From assembly GCF_006345805.1 (NCBI RefSeq), contig NC_043008.1:22134001-22198000 (forward strand): 64,000 nt of DNA, written 5' to 3'. Below, piece after piece: positions 39,750 through 52,525 of the stretch (position 1 is the stretch's first letter; each line of letters begins with the position of its first letter). This stretch comes from Octopus sinensis. Taxonomy: Eukaryota. Under the pieces are notes generated by a model. The model saw only the letters and a program-made list of their open reading frames with translations. It did no database searches and was not told where the DNA came from. Both the position numbers and the translations under genes were made by a program.

Positions 39750-40080
39750 TAGAGCATCACCTAAATTTATTTTCCATTAGTTTTGTTGACATTCTATGAC
39801 TGGAAATTGGTCTACGATTAAGTTTGTAGCTGTTGCCCTTCCTTGAGTGTATCCTTGAATGGTTGACTGGTATCATTATTATGAGTTTATCTAATGTTCC
39901 TTTGAATGTTTCAACTTCCCCACATCTGATTTCTTTAGGTAAGTAGTTCAACAATTGAGAACCTCTCCCAATTAGCTATTGTACCCTCTGTCATTCTTCA
40001 GCAATATTTTGTAATTGGTTATGCCTTCAGAACACCAAACTGAACCCTTTCTCAAATCCACATGAATAGATTGTTCTTAC
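39750..40080 (-). pseudogene. CR1-like LINE 3' fragment
   Basis: GRGSQLLNYLPKEIRCGEVETFKGTLDKLIIMIP resembles the CR1-group C-terminal GPxLFNxLP..IR..FK..LD motif. Confidence 0.55.
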
Positions 40081-40553
40081 ACCACAGTCCAAACTATTAT
40101 TTTTCTCCAATTAATTATTATTTTATTCAACTTGAACCACATATCGATTTCAAATTTTGGCACAAGGCCAGCAATTTCAGAGACAAGTCAATCACATTGA
40201 CCCTGGTATTCAACGGGTACTTACTTTAACGACACCAAAAAGATTAAAGGACAAAGGTGACCCCGGCAGAATTTGAACTCGAAACATAACGATAGATGAG
40301 ATGCCACTAAGCATTTTTTATCAGCATGCTAATGATTCTGCCAGCTTGTTGCCCTCAGGACAATATATTTTGCTTTACTGATGCAGGAATTGAACTCGTG
40401 CTCATATAGTTTCAGTTCTATTTTTTTAATGTTGATTTTTAGTCATTTCAGTATGTTTTGTTTACCATGGAAATGGGTGGGGAGAAATAAGGAAGGGCGA
40501 AACTCTCATGGTGACTATTGCTTGCATGTGTGTGTATGTGTGTTTGTGTATGT

Positions 40554-40596
<43 letters not shown>

Positions 40597-40846
40597 GAAT
40601 AGATGATTAAATAGCAAGATATATGGGTATTCTACTATTTATACACACACATATATACAACAAATTAATCATCTGACACAACATTTATTATACACACACA
40701 CACATATATATATACATATGCATACATAAATATATTCACATATTCGTATATATGTATATATATCCTCATCATTGTTTAACATCCGTCTTCCATGCTAACA
40801 TGGGTGGGAAAGTACCACAAGAGCCTATATATATATATTCATTCAC

Positions 40847-40885
<39 letters not shown>

Positions 40886-40888
40886 AAC

Positions 40889-40932
<44 letters not shown>

Positions 40933-41503
40933 ATATATACATACATATAAACATATGTGCACGCATATATGCAAATTCAGTTAATTACTAATCTGATGAA
41001 AAATTAATTACAAAGCCTATTGTACTGTACAATACAAAATACCAATGAATCCTAATATAATAATCTAACAACAATCCCTTTCTCTTGCTGTTGGCTGCTT
41101 TCATTAAAAGCCATCACTGTTTACATATTCTATATTAACTCTTGCTGACTACACTTGATCTCTCAATGACTTCAGATGCTTATACATGATATATGATATA
41201 TGATAAACATATATATATATATATATGATGTATATATGTTATATATCACATATATTATACATCATACATATATACATACATACATACATATATATATACA
41301 TACATATATGATGTTCACAGATAACCGCCAGACTTCGTTTTCGTTATCTATTCCTTCTGTTATGCATATGTGTATTGCAGGGTTTGTCGTGTGTGGTGCC
41401 CCACTTGTGGAAAATAGAAATAAGCATTCTTGACTGCTATTTCTACTTTTTCGGTATGCGGTCAAGCAACCTGTTGTCTGTCCCTTTTTTCTTATATATA
41501 TAT

Positions 41504-41629
41504 ATATCATGAGGTTTGGTAAACAGCTGTAAGAATTCAAAATTTCCCCTTACCCCAATTAAATTATTCTAAATGACTTGAGATACATATTCTGCCTTGG
41601 TTTTGATTTTTACTCCAATATAATATACA

Positions 41630-41663
<34 letters not shown>

Positions 41664-41860
41664 CATACATACATACATACATATATACATACATACATAT
41701 ATATATATATGAAAGAACTTTGGCCGAAATAAGATTAAGATTAATGTAAAAAATAAATATCACTGAAGCAAAATAACACCAAATATATAGTGCGTGTGTT
41801 TTTATTGGCTAAACTGGCAATATGACCATTCCGAAATATAAAAATATATATATATGTATA

Positions 41861-41896
<36 letters not shown>

Positions 41897-42105
41897 TATA
41901 TGTATGTATGTATGTATGTATATATGTATGTATGTATGTATGTAGTATGTATGTATGTATGTATGTATGTATGTATGTATGTATATTATATTGGAGTAAA
42001 AATCAAAACCAAGGCAGAACATGTATCTTAAGTCATTTAGAATAATTTAATTGGGGTAAGGGGAAATTTTGAATTCTTACAGCTGTTTACCAAACCTCAT
42101 GATAT
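41504..42105. repeat. ~600-bp fold-back: 125-bp unique arms plus (TACA)n/(TATG)n arms
   Basis: 41504-41628 vs 41981-42105 are reverse complements with about 2 mismatches; the loop holds a fragment of the 2.0-2.2 kb element. Confidence 0.9.
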
Positions 42106-42575
42106 TGCTTCTAATAAATCTTGATTTTTATGACAATACCAACTATGATGTCTATCTGCTCCCTCAGCCCAACCCCTAACAGATACTGCACTCTATTCAC
42201 TCAACCTTAAATATACAAGAGATTTGATAAACTAGTCTATAAATTAAAACTGACCCCATAAAAACAAGAAATCAGTGACAGGCAGAGTCTGTAACAATGT
42301 ATGTCATCTTGAAAAATTCAGTAACTTCTAAACTGGAGTTGGGACAGCATGTTTTTTGTCTATCTCCTTAACTTCTTGGAGATTTTAGGTATAATTATAC
42401 AAATATGTCCATCTGTTCTAATTTAATTAAATTCTATGTATTTGTGCAGCTGAGGATTGCTCTGCCTTTTAAATTGATGTAATGATGGCATTGTTCAATT
42501 AAATGGAGCTGCATGAAACCATTGTACTGCATTACCTCTGGATATCCTTGTTGCTTATTTTGATACTGATATATA

Positions 42576-42621
<46 letters not shown>

Positions 42622-42694
42622 TACACACACACACACATATATATATATATAGATATATATATATATATATACACATATATATATATACATATAT

Positions 42695-43628
42695 ACAGGT
42701 CTTCACAAGTGTCACAAGAAGGAAGGTATGCACAGGTGGACTGACTACGTCCCATGCATAACCCGTGGTCCCTACATGGGACGTAGTCAGTCCACCTGTG
42801 CATACCTTCCTTCTTGTGACACTTGTGAAGACCTGTTGAGGCAAGTGAAAATCAAATCAAATCAAAACAAATCAAAATAGATGAACATCAATGGAATTTG
42901 TATCTTTGTGGAACACAAGAAAACCATCCGAACGTGGCCGTAGCCAGTACCGCATTGACTGGCCTCCGTGCTGTGGGCACGTAACAAACACCATCCAATC
43001 GTGGCCGTTCGCCAGCCTCATCTGGCACCTGTGTCGGTGGCACATAAAAACACCATCCGAAGACCCGGCAAGAATAGTCAGGCCATAACCCGTGACCCCT
43101 ACCTGGGATGTAGTCAGTCCACCTGTGCATACCTTCCTTCTTGTGACACTTGTGAAGACCTGTTGAGGCAAGTGAAAATCAAAATCAAAATCAAAATCAA
43201 ATCAAATCAAATCAAAATAGATGAACATCAATGGAATTTGTATCTTTGTGGTACCAGTGCCGGTGGCATACAAGAAAACCATCCGAACGTGGCCGTAGCC
43301 AGTACCGCATCGTCTGGCCTCCGTGCTGTGGGCACGTAACAAACACCATCCGATCGTGGCCGTTTGCCAGCCTCATCTGGCACCTGTGTCAGTGGCACAT
43401 AAAAACACCATCCGAGCGTGGCCGTCTGCCAGCCTCGTCTGGCACTGTGTCGGTGGCACATAAAATCACCCACTACACTCTCGGAGTGGTTGGCGTTAGG
43501 AAGGGCATCCAGCTGTAGAAACACTGCCAGATCTGACTGGCCTGGTGCAGCCTTCGGGCTCCTCAGACCCCAGTTGAACCGTCCAACCCATGCTAGCATG
43601 GAAAGCGGACGTTAAATGATGATGATGA

Positions 43629-43630
<2 letters not shown>
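42695..43630 (+). mobile_element. Young family-B element: inverted 5' segment, truncated copy, then complete copy
   Basis: Perfect 62-bp palindrome arms at 42695-42756 and 42775-42836; copy 1 42757-43060, copy 2 about 43061-43630 ending AAATGATGATGAT; CpG-rich. Confidence 0.9.
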
Positions 43631-43660
<30 letters not shown>

Positions 43661-44716
43661 CACATAAATATATATATATATACACATATATATATATACA
43701 TATATATATATACACATATATATATACATAAATATATATATTATTTATTATTCATTATATATAGTATACAAATATATGTACATGTATATATTTATTATAT
43801 TTGAATATATATACACGTACATATCATTCATATATGTCTCATTCATATATGTCATAAACTTGTATATGATATAACAACATCTGCTGATCTATTGTGATTA
43901 ATGGTTTGATTAGAGGTATTTTTGTTCTGGTGTTGTATATTAATTCATGTCTTCATTTGATTTCTTGACTATGTGGCTGTATGGTAAGAAGTTTGCTTCT
44001 CAACCACAGGGTTCAGTTCTTCAGTTTGGTACCTTGCACAAGTGTCTTCTACTGTAGCCCCGGTCTAACCAAATCCATATGAGTCGATTTGGCACACAGC
44101 AACTGAAGGAAGTCTGTGCTATACGTATAGATATAAATGAATGCATGTGTGTGTGTATGTATACATTTGTTTGTCTGTGTTTGTCCCCCCCCCCACCATT
44201 GCTTGACGACCAATATTGGTGTGTTTATGACCCGTAACTTAGCAGTTCAGCAAAAGGAACTGATAGAATAAGTACTAGGCTTACAAAGAATAAATCTGGG
44301 GTCGATTAGTTCGACTAAAGGCGGTGTTCCAGCGTGGCCACAGCCAAATGACTGGAACAAGGAAAAAAATAAAAGAATAAAAGAATTCATATGTAAGATT
44401 GAATATATATATATAAATATTTATATATATATATATATATTCTAAAGTAAGAATATCATTGACCATGACTTCAGAGTTTCGTCTAGTTAAGCCAACATTG
44501 AATGACAACAATGACAACAGCAATGATGATGATGATGATGATGAGGAGGAGGAGGAGGATATAACATTTACTGACTTTTGTGATTAATGACAAAAGCTAT
44601 CATAGCTTATATGTGCAATAGTAACTCTTATTGTTTTTCACTTGTTCTCTTGGCAAATTCATATACTTATATATGATATAATATATATCATATTTTTATC
44701 TACTATATATAAATAT

Positions 44717-45030
44717 GTGGAGGCACAATGGCCTAGTGATTAGGGCAGTGGACTCATGGTCGTAGGATCGCAGTTTCGATTCCCAGACCGGGCGTTGTGA
44801 GTGTTTATTGAGCGAAAACACCTCAAGCTCCACGAGGCTTCAGTAGGGGATGGTGGTGATCCCTGCTGTACTCTTTCATCCCAGCTTTTTCATACTCTTT
44901 CTTCTGTTGGCCTGCTCGCTAAGCCAGTGGGGTGGCATCATTTGAAGGCTAAAACAATGTGAAGCGCATTGTGACCAGCGATGTGTAGCAACATCTGATA
45001 GCCTGGTCGGTCACGGTGATCACGGTGATA
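44717..45030 (+). mobile_element. tRNA SINE, family-D head with a third tail type
   Basis: Same head as 22893; the tail CATTTGAAGGCTAAAACAATG...GGTCACGGTGATCACGGTGATA is unique in this window. Confidence 0.8.
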
Positions 45031-45509
45031 TATAAATATATGATATGATATATGACTGATTGGAGCAGACATGGTTGTGTGGTTGAGAAGCTTACTTCCC
45101 AACCAGTAGTTTTGGGTTCAATACCAATGTACATCAACTGGGCAAGTGTCTTCTATCACAGCCATAGGCTGACCAAATACTAGCGAGTGGACTGGTGGAT
45201 GGAAACTGAAAGTAGCCCATCATATATGTATATGTATGTGAACCCTTGTTTTGACATCATGTGGCACCTATAGACAATCATTGCCATCATACAAGTGTTG
45301 TTGCTTGTTTCTAGTCTTCCATGAAAGCAACATGAGAATAGGAAAATATTACCTTCCTCAGAAACAGGTGGAGGTGAGGTGACAGGAGAGAAACCTGGCC
45401 ATAGAAAACCCATCTCAACAAATTCCGTCTCACTCATGCAAGCATGGAAAATTGAATGCTAAATGTGGATAATAAGGATGATAAAGGTGATATAATATTC
45501 TACTGACTT

Positions 45510-46120
45510 ATTGTATTGGTGCCACATAAAAAGTGCCCATGCTGGTGCTATATAAAAAGCACCCATGCTGGTTCCACATATAAAGCACCTGTGCTGGTGT
45601 CACATACAAAGCACTGATGCTGGTGGCACATAAAAAGCACCAATGCTGGTTCCACATAAAAGGCATTGATGTTGGTACTACATAAAAGCACCTGTGCTGG
45701 TACCACATAAAAAGCACTGAAGTTGGTGCCACATAAAAGGTACCCATACTGGTGCCATATAAAAGGCATTGATGCTGGTACCACATATAAAGCACCTGTG
45801 CTGGTGGTACATATAAAGCACCCATGCTGGTTCCACATTAAAAGCATCGATGCTGGTGCCACATAAAAGGCACTGATGCTGGTCCCACGTAAAAAGCACC
45901 CATGTCGGTGCCATTTAAAAAGCACCCATACTGGTGCCACATATAAAACACACATGCTGGTGCCACATAAGAGGCACCCAGTACATTGTGTGTAAAGTGG
46001 TTGGCATTAGGAAGGGCATCCAGTCAGAGAAACCATGCCAAGACAGACAAATGGATCCTGGTGCAGCACTCTGCTTGTTGTCCAACCTGTGCCAGCCTGG
46101 AAAACAAATGTTAAATGATG
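45510..46120 (+). repeat. ~24-26-bp minisatellite (GCTGGTGCCACATAAAAAGCACCCAT)n leading into a family-B tail
   Basis: Roughly 18 diverged units at 45510-45975, then GTGGTTGGCATTAGGAAGGGCATCCAG. Confidence 0.85.
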
Positions 46121-46478
46121 ACGACGAAGATGATGACAATGAAGATGATGCTGTTTAAAGCTGTCATCGTTTATATGTTCTACATTAATTCTGGCAGTGT
46201 TTATTTGATCTGTTGATGACGTCAGTTCAGTCACTCACTTAATGTCCATTTTTCTATGCCATCATGCATGGATTTAGACAGAGATTTATTTGTGGCAGGA
46301 TTTTATGGTTTGCTGATTTTCCTGTTGTGAAACCTCATTCTTGTTTTTCAGGTAGCAGATATCCTTTGTTCCACATTTCTTTGAAAGCATAGAGCAACTT
46401 GTCATAATGTTTGTCATTGACTTGGCATCATGCTAACAATGTAATATATGATAATAGTCGTTTCAATATATAATAATA

Positions 46479-46868
46479 CTAGCAGTATCGCCTGGCGTTG
46501 CTCGGGTTTGTTTTGACCCTTTAGAATTGGAATTTTTGAAAAGTAAAAATTTTGCATTATGTAGCTTATTATTCTCTTTAAGTGAACATTTTTCTGGGTG
46601 AAATACACCGAAAAACGGTGACACAGCAATAAAAAAACCGTAAAATATGGGGATTTTCATTAAAAAAAAGCACCTTTTTGATGTAAATAATTTTTGCTCT
46701 TAACATTGTCCGATTTGAACTTTTTCTTCTATGGAATGAAGAGCAAGTCTTCTTCTATCATACTTTTAATTTTGGTCAACTTGCGCCACAGTGTCTCGGA
46801 GGAGATAATGTTAGTTGAAGGCTACCAAACCTGCCATACACAGACAACTTCAGCTTTATATATATAGA
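46479..46868 (-). mobile_element. Non-autonomous Helitron (family H2)
   Basis: Reverse complement of 30652-31042 with TC and CTAG termini in an AT target. Confidence 0.9.
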
Positions 46869-48084
46869 TTAAGAATTAATGTAGAACATATAAGCAACGA
46901 AATATATAATAATATTGGCTTCGAATTTTGGCAGAAGACCAGCGATTTCAGGAGAGGAGATAAGTTGAAAATAAGTACCAGTGATGAAATGATACATATT
47001 TAATTGGTCCCAAAAGGTTAAAAGGTAAAGTTGGCCTCAACAGGATTTGAACTCAGAACACAAAGATAGACGAAATGTTGCTAAGCATTTTACCTGGCAT
47101 GCTAACAAATCTGCCAGCTCACTGCATTGAAATATATAAATGCACTGCCTAGTCCAGGAATTGAAACCACGAACTCATGACTATGAATGCAATACTCTAA
47201 CCACTGAGGAAGTTTGTCATATTTATGTGTGTGTGTGTGTGTGTGTGCATGTGTGATGTGTGTGTGTGTAATGTGTGTGTGTGTGTGATGTGTGTGTGTG
47301 TGATGTGTGTGTGATGTGGTTGTGTGTGTGTGATGTGTGTGATGTATGTGTGTGTGATGTGTGAGTGTGTGTGTGTGTGTACATATGACAGGCTTCTTTC
47401 AATTTCCGTCTACCAAATCCACTCACAAGGCTTTAGTTGACCCAAAGCTATAGTAGAAGATACTTGCCCAAGGTGCCACGCAGTGGAACTGAACCTGGAA
47501 CCATTTGGTTGGTAAGCAAACTACTTACCACACAGCCACTCCTATGTTCCTGACACCAACTTAATAATGACAAGCTTATTCCACTAAATTCTTTATTATT
47601 TTCAAATTAACTGAAACAAACGCTACACGTTTCAAAAGAAATATCGTAACAAATTGGTTAAGTACCAGTTCTGCTATTCTATTCCTATTCCAAAGCCAAA
47701 TAATGTTCTGTAGAAATATCTCCGATAGCTCACTCCCATCTCCACATCCACTTCATTTGTATTCATGAAAATAATTAATGTACAACTATAAAAAATGTAA
47801 ATATGAATTACTCCATGCACTCATGAGATAACAACAGTCTACTCACTGACCTTATATGGTCGATGGTATCTCTCAATCAGTCTTTAAGGTGTTAGTTTTA
47901 TTGATCTTCTCATCAGTGACTAGCACTTATCTGTTTGAAATGTATATACATATATACAGATGAACTTAGAAAATGGAAAATAAACGGTGGTGCCTTTGAT
48001 ATTCAATGAAAATATGTGTTTCCAATTTAGTTCCATATTTGAAATCTATATCTTGATCAGATGTGGGGGCACATGGCCTAGTGG

Positions 48085-48420
48085 TTACCAAATAATCTAC
48101 ACTGGGTCTTCATCGGTTATGGCAATGAATGTTCCAGTTGATGTGGTGAATGGAATAGCCTGCTTGTGAAATTAACATACGAGTGGCTGAGTACTCCACA
48201 GTAACACATACCCACTTATGTAGTTCTCAAGAATATTCTGCATGACACAGAATGTGGTAAGGCTGGCTCTTTGAATTACAACTTCATTTTTGCCAGCTGA
48301 GTTTCTTGGAGCAACATGAAATAAAGTGTCTTGCCCTATTCACCAGATTTAGCATCTGTGGACTTTCATCTCTTCCCTGGGATGAAAATGCAGCTCAAAG
48401 GTTGCCATTTTAACACCATT
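48085..48420 (+). mobile_element. Second copy of the SINE-E/mariner chimeric segment
   Basis: Colinear with 7148-7480, including the AAAGTGTCTTG(T/C)CCTATTCACCAG junction. Confidence 0.85.
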
Positions 48421-48722
48421 GTGGAGGCACATGGCCCAGTAGTTAGAGCAGCGGACTCGTGGTCAAGGGATCACGGGTTCGAATCTTAGACCGGACTATG
48501 TGTGTGTTTATGAGGGAAATACCTAAGCTTCATGCGGCTCTAGCAGAAGGTAATGGTGAACTTCTGCTGACTCTTTTGCCATAACTTTCTCTCACTCTTT
48601 CCTCCTGCATCTTGCAGCTCATCTGTGACGGACTGGTGCCCTGTCCAGGTCGGGAACCCATACGCCATGGAAATAGGGACCCGGCCCTTATGAGCCAGGC
48701 ATGGCTCAAGAAGGAACAAACA
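48421..48722 (+). mobile_element. V-domain SINE (family D)
   Basis: Head plus TGTGACGGACTGGTGCCCTGTCCAGG core and GAAGGAACAAAC tail. Confidence 0.85.
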
Positions 48723-48829
48723 TATCTTGACCAGAAACATCTCTGTCAGCAACAGTATTGTCCTTCTTGTTGGCTGTTATCACTGTCATCATTAGTGTGG
48801 TTGGCATTGCCACAGTAATTGCTGTAATT

Positions 48830-49372
48830 ATCATTATCACCACCACCATTACCACACCATCACCACCACCACCACCACCACCACATATCACCACATACTA
48901 CCACCACAACTGCCATCACCACCACCACTACCACATATCACCACCACCACAGCCATCACCATCACCACAACCACCATCACCACCACCACAACTGCCATCA
49001 CCACCACCACCACCACAACTGCCATCACCACCACCACCACCACCACAACTGCCATCACCACCACAATCACCACAACCACCACAACAACCACCATCACCAC
49101 AACCACCACAACCACCACAACCACCACCACCACAACTGCCATCCCCACCACCACACATCACCATCACCACCACAATCACCACAACCAAACCATCACCACC
49201 ACAACCACCACCACCACAACTGCCATCACCCCTCCACTACCACATATCACCATCACCACTACCACAACCACCACAACCACAACCATTACCACCGCAACCA
49301 CCACCACAACCACCACAACCACCACCACATATCACCACATACCATCACCACAACCTTTACCACCATCAAACC
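48830..49372. repeat. (CCA/CAA)-rich low-complexity array
   Basis: Recurrent ACCACCACAACTGCCATC units; source of the Pro-rich ORF 48758-49387. Confidence 0.9.
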
Positions 49373-49629
49373 ACCAGACTGTGTTAGAGCCTGTAGCACT
49401 ATCTAAAGATAGTTGAAATGTTGTCCAAGGGAGAGGCAAGGGCTGATTCAGCTTGGTGCCAGTGATGCTACAACTCATTTCTACAGCTATATGAACTGGA
49501 GCAATGTGAAATAAAGTGTCTTGCTCAAGAACACAACACACAACCCAGTCCAGTAATCAAACTCACTACCTCATGATTGTGACCCTGACACTCTAAACAC
49601 TGAGCCATGTTGTGGAAACAAATAGTGAG

Positions 49630-50190
49630 TGACAAAATTAGTCTCTTTGGTACACCGTAATTAATAAAGCATGGGAAAGAAGAGAGCTCAGGGCAATCTG
49701 ATAAAAGGTTACCAATACAAGAGATGAGAGGATGGAATCTGTAGACTTGACAAGAGATTCCCACACCAGACATGGTTGAATGTTTTGCTCATAAGAGCAA
49801 CAGTATATTGCTTTCATTAATTTTATCTAAGGCAAGCTCCCACTGGTAGGTGATGAAAGAGAGTAGGTCTCCAGTAAGTCTGGCTTTACAGAAGCTAACT
49901 TCATTCTTGTGATTCATAATGCTTCACCAAAGATCTTTGTTTCCTATTAGCTTTGGTAGGTCCTTAATTTTATGTTGTGTATTTCTACTAATAACGTCAA
50001 TGTATTTTGAATTGTCTGACAAGGACTAAAATAGTTTTATGGTGTGAGTACAAGACCAAAGGGTAGATTTATGAACACATCCTACCTATTTCTACTAATA
50101 TTGCTCAATCCAGGGAAGGCTCTGCTGACCACTGGCCTAGTATTGAACGTTACACCATAATAGATATATTTAGGAGGTTTCTGCACTTGA
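49630..50190 (-). pseudogene. Decayed LINE reverse-transcriptase domain
   Basis: SFCKARLTGDLLSFITYQWELALDK, TVALMSKTFNHVW..LLS.L and INYGVPK match the RT motifs GFR..TGDLL, LDISKAFD.VWH and GVPQG. Confidence 0.7.
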
Positions 50191-50935
50191 TAGAGGATGA
50201 AGACCAGTTATCATTTCATAGCCATACCCCACCTACCAAAATGGAAAAAAAAATAACAATTTTTACCATGCACATGTACACACACAAACGCACACACTTA
50301 TATGCACTCACATCCACACACTCACACACACACACATACATATTCACACACACACACACACAGATGCAGTTCTTTGATATATCAGTTTGATTATATATTT
50401 GGTCTTTGATCTTGCAGACAATCACGTTATGGAATATTATTATATAAACCATTTAAAGACAGACGTAAACAGCTGTCAGTAGATATGATACACTGACATA
50501 ATGTAATCCACAGATGTGAAAAATGGTTACATAATAAAACCAGTGCAGAGCTTGTTACTAAGCAGTGCCAGGTTCAAATTCTCATGCAGGAAAAGAATTT
50601 TCTTCCATCTATTAAACAGTATAAAATCCACAGCACAATGAATCCAAGAAATCACAGAAGCAAACAAAAATATACCATTGTCACTTAACGTCCACTTTTC
50701 TGTGCTTGCATGGGTCAGACGGAATTTTGTTGATACAGATTTTCTATGGCTGGGTGCTCTTCCTGTCTCCAACACTTACCTGTTTCTGAACAAGGTGATA
50801 TTATCCCATGGCCTGGCATGTTTTTCATGGGAGACTGGAAATGAGCAGTATTGCTTGTATGACGATGATGGTGACGATGCTCATTTACAACCATTATGTG
50901 ATGTCAAGACAAGGGTGCATGTGAATATATACACA

Positions 50936-51240
50936 CTATAGCCTCGGGCAGACCAAAGCCTTGTCAGTGGATTTGGTAGATGGAAACGAATAGAAACCTG
51001 TCGTATATATGTATATATACATGTGTGTGTGTGTGTGTGTGTTCGACCCCATCAACATCGCTTGACAACCAATGCTGGAGTGTTTACATCCCCGTAACTT
51101 AGCAGTTCAGCAAAAGAGACCGATAGAATAAGTACTAGGCTTACAAAGAATAAGTCCTGGGGTCGATTTGCTCAACTAAAGGCGGTACTCCAGCATGGCC
51201 GCAGTCAAATGACTGAAACAAGTAAAAGAGTAAAAGAGTA
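50936..51240 (+). mobile_element. SINE-A, 5' truncated
   Basis: Family-A body with (AGTAAAAG)n tail. Confidence 0.85.
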
Positions 51241-51668
51241 GTGTTTCACTCACAAACAATGACTGTTTTGCATATCTTTGCTTCTTTCTCTCTCTCCCTC
51301 TCTCCCTCTCACTCGTGGTGAAGTCTTTCCTCCTGTCTCTCTCATTTTCTCTCACTGTTTTGTGTTATTCTACACCTCACCGTTCCATATGTGTCGGACT
51401 AACAGAGAGCAAAAAAAGAAAGCACAATGCTACCAGCAGCTTCCACATATAACTGCTTACGTCAGTTTGGACATGTGTAACAAATCTATAAAAAAAAAAA
51501 AACGTGCATACATAAATGCATATATGTGTGTATGTGTGTGTATGTGTGTATGTGTATCAATATATATTTACATCATCATCACCATCATCATCATATCATC
51601 ATATATGAACATATAGACATGTATGTCTATAAATGTATCTATATATATGTATATATATATATATATAT

Positions 51669-52082
51669 TACTCTTTTACTTGTTTCAGTCATTTGACTGT
51701 GGCCATGCTGGAGCACCGCCTTTAGTTGAGCAAATCGCCCCCAGGACTTATTCTTTCTAAGCCTAGTTCTTATTCTATCGGTATCTTTTGCCGAACTGCT
51801 AAGTTACGGGGACGTAAACACACCAGCATCGGTTGTCAAGCGATATTGGGGGGACAAACAGAGACACACAAGCATATACACACACACATACATATACATA
51901 TATATATATACATATATACGACAGGCTTATTTCAGTTTCCATCTACCAAATCTACTCACAAGGCTTTGGTCGGCCTGAGGCTATAGTAGAAGACACTTGC
52001 CCAAGGTGCCACACAGTGGGACTGAACCCAGAGTCATGTGGTTCGTAAGCAAGCTACTTACCACACAGCCACTCTTACGCCT
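51669..52082 (-). mobile_element. Full-length SINE-A
   Basis: Complete reverse copy; head-to-head with 52524-52925. Confidence 0.9.
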
Positions 52083-52117
52083 ATATACACCAATGTATAT
52101 ATATATATATATGTATA

Positions 52118-52487
52118 TTATAATTGAATTGATAGTTCGATTTGTTTTTGCTCCGCCTCTGTTCTGTTTTTGTTTTTCCAACGGATTTCCTATTTTCTTC
52201 CTGAAGAGAAAGACACAATATGGTCCCATTATTCAATCGGATTTTGGTAATTTGTGCCTTTCGAAACACGTGTAGAATGAAATAAAACGATTTCTGTTCA
52301 ATCTGCGTTCAGCTCCATTTCTTCAATTCACCAATAATGTTTTAATTTCAATTATCCGCACCAACGCACGGTTGCAACACCATATGGTTGTACCTCCAAC
52401 CGTGCTGTTTACTGCTGTGATTTTTGCTACTAAGGTACCGGTTAAACTTTTGATTAATCTACTACAAGATTATTCATCTTTCTATTT

Positions 52488-52490
<3 letters not shown>
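52118..52490 (+). mobile_element. ~370-bp (TA)n-flanked element carrying a hammerhead ribozyme (Penelope pLTR/retrozyme-like)
   Basis: Unique sequence between two (TA)n tracts; second copy at 36600-36900; contains the ribozyme listed next. Confidence 0.7.
52191..52284 (+). ncRNA. Type I hammerhead ribozyme
   Basis: Stem I TATTTTCTTC/GAATGAAATA; CTGAAGA 52201-52207; stem II GAAAGACACAA/TTGTGCCTTTC; GAAA 52263-52266; palindromic stem III ACACGTGT; cleavage triplet GTA 52272-52274. Confidence 0.85.

Positions 52491-52523
<33 letters not shown>

Positions 52524-52525
<2 letters not shown>

Noticed and set aside
43075-43140. HDV-like or twister ribozyme at the family-B 5' end
   Set aside because: I could not thread the required P3/L3/P1.1 or twister pseudoknots by eye.
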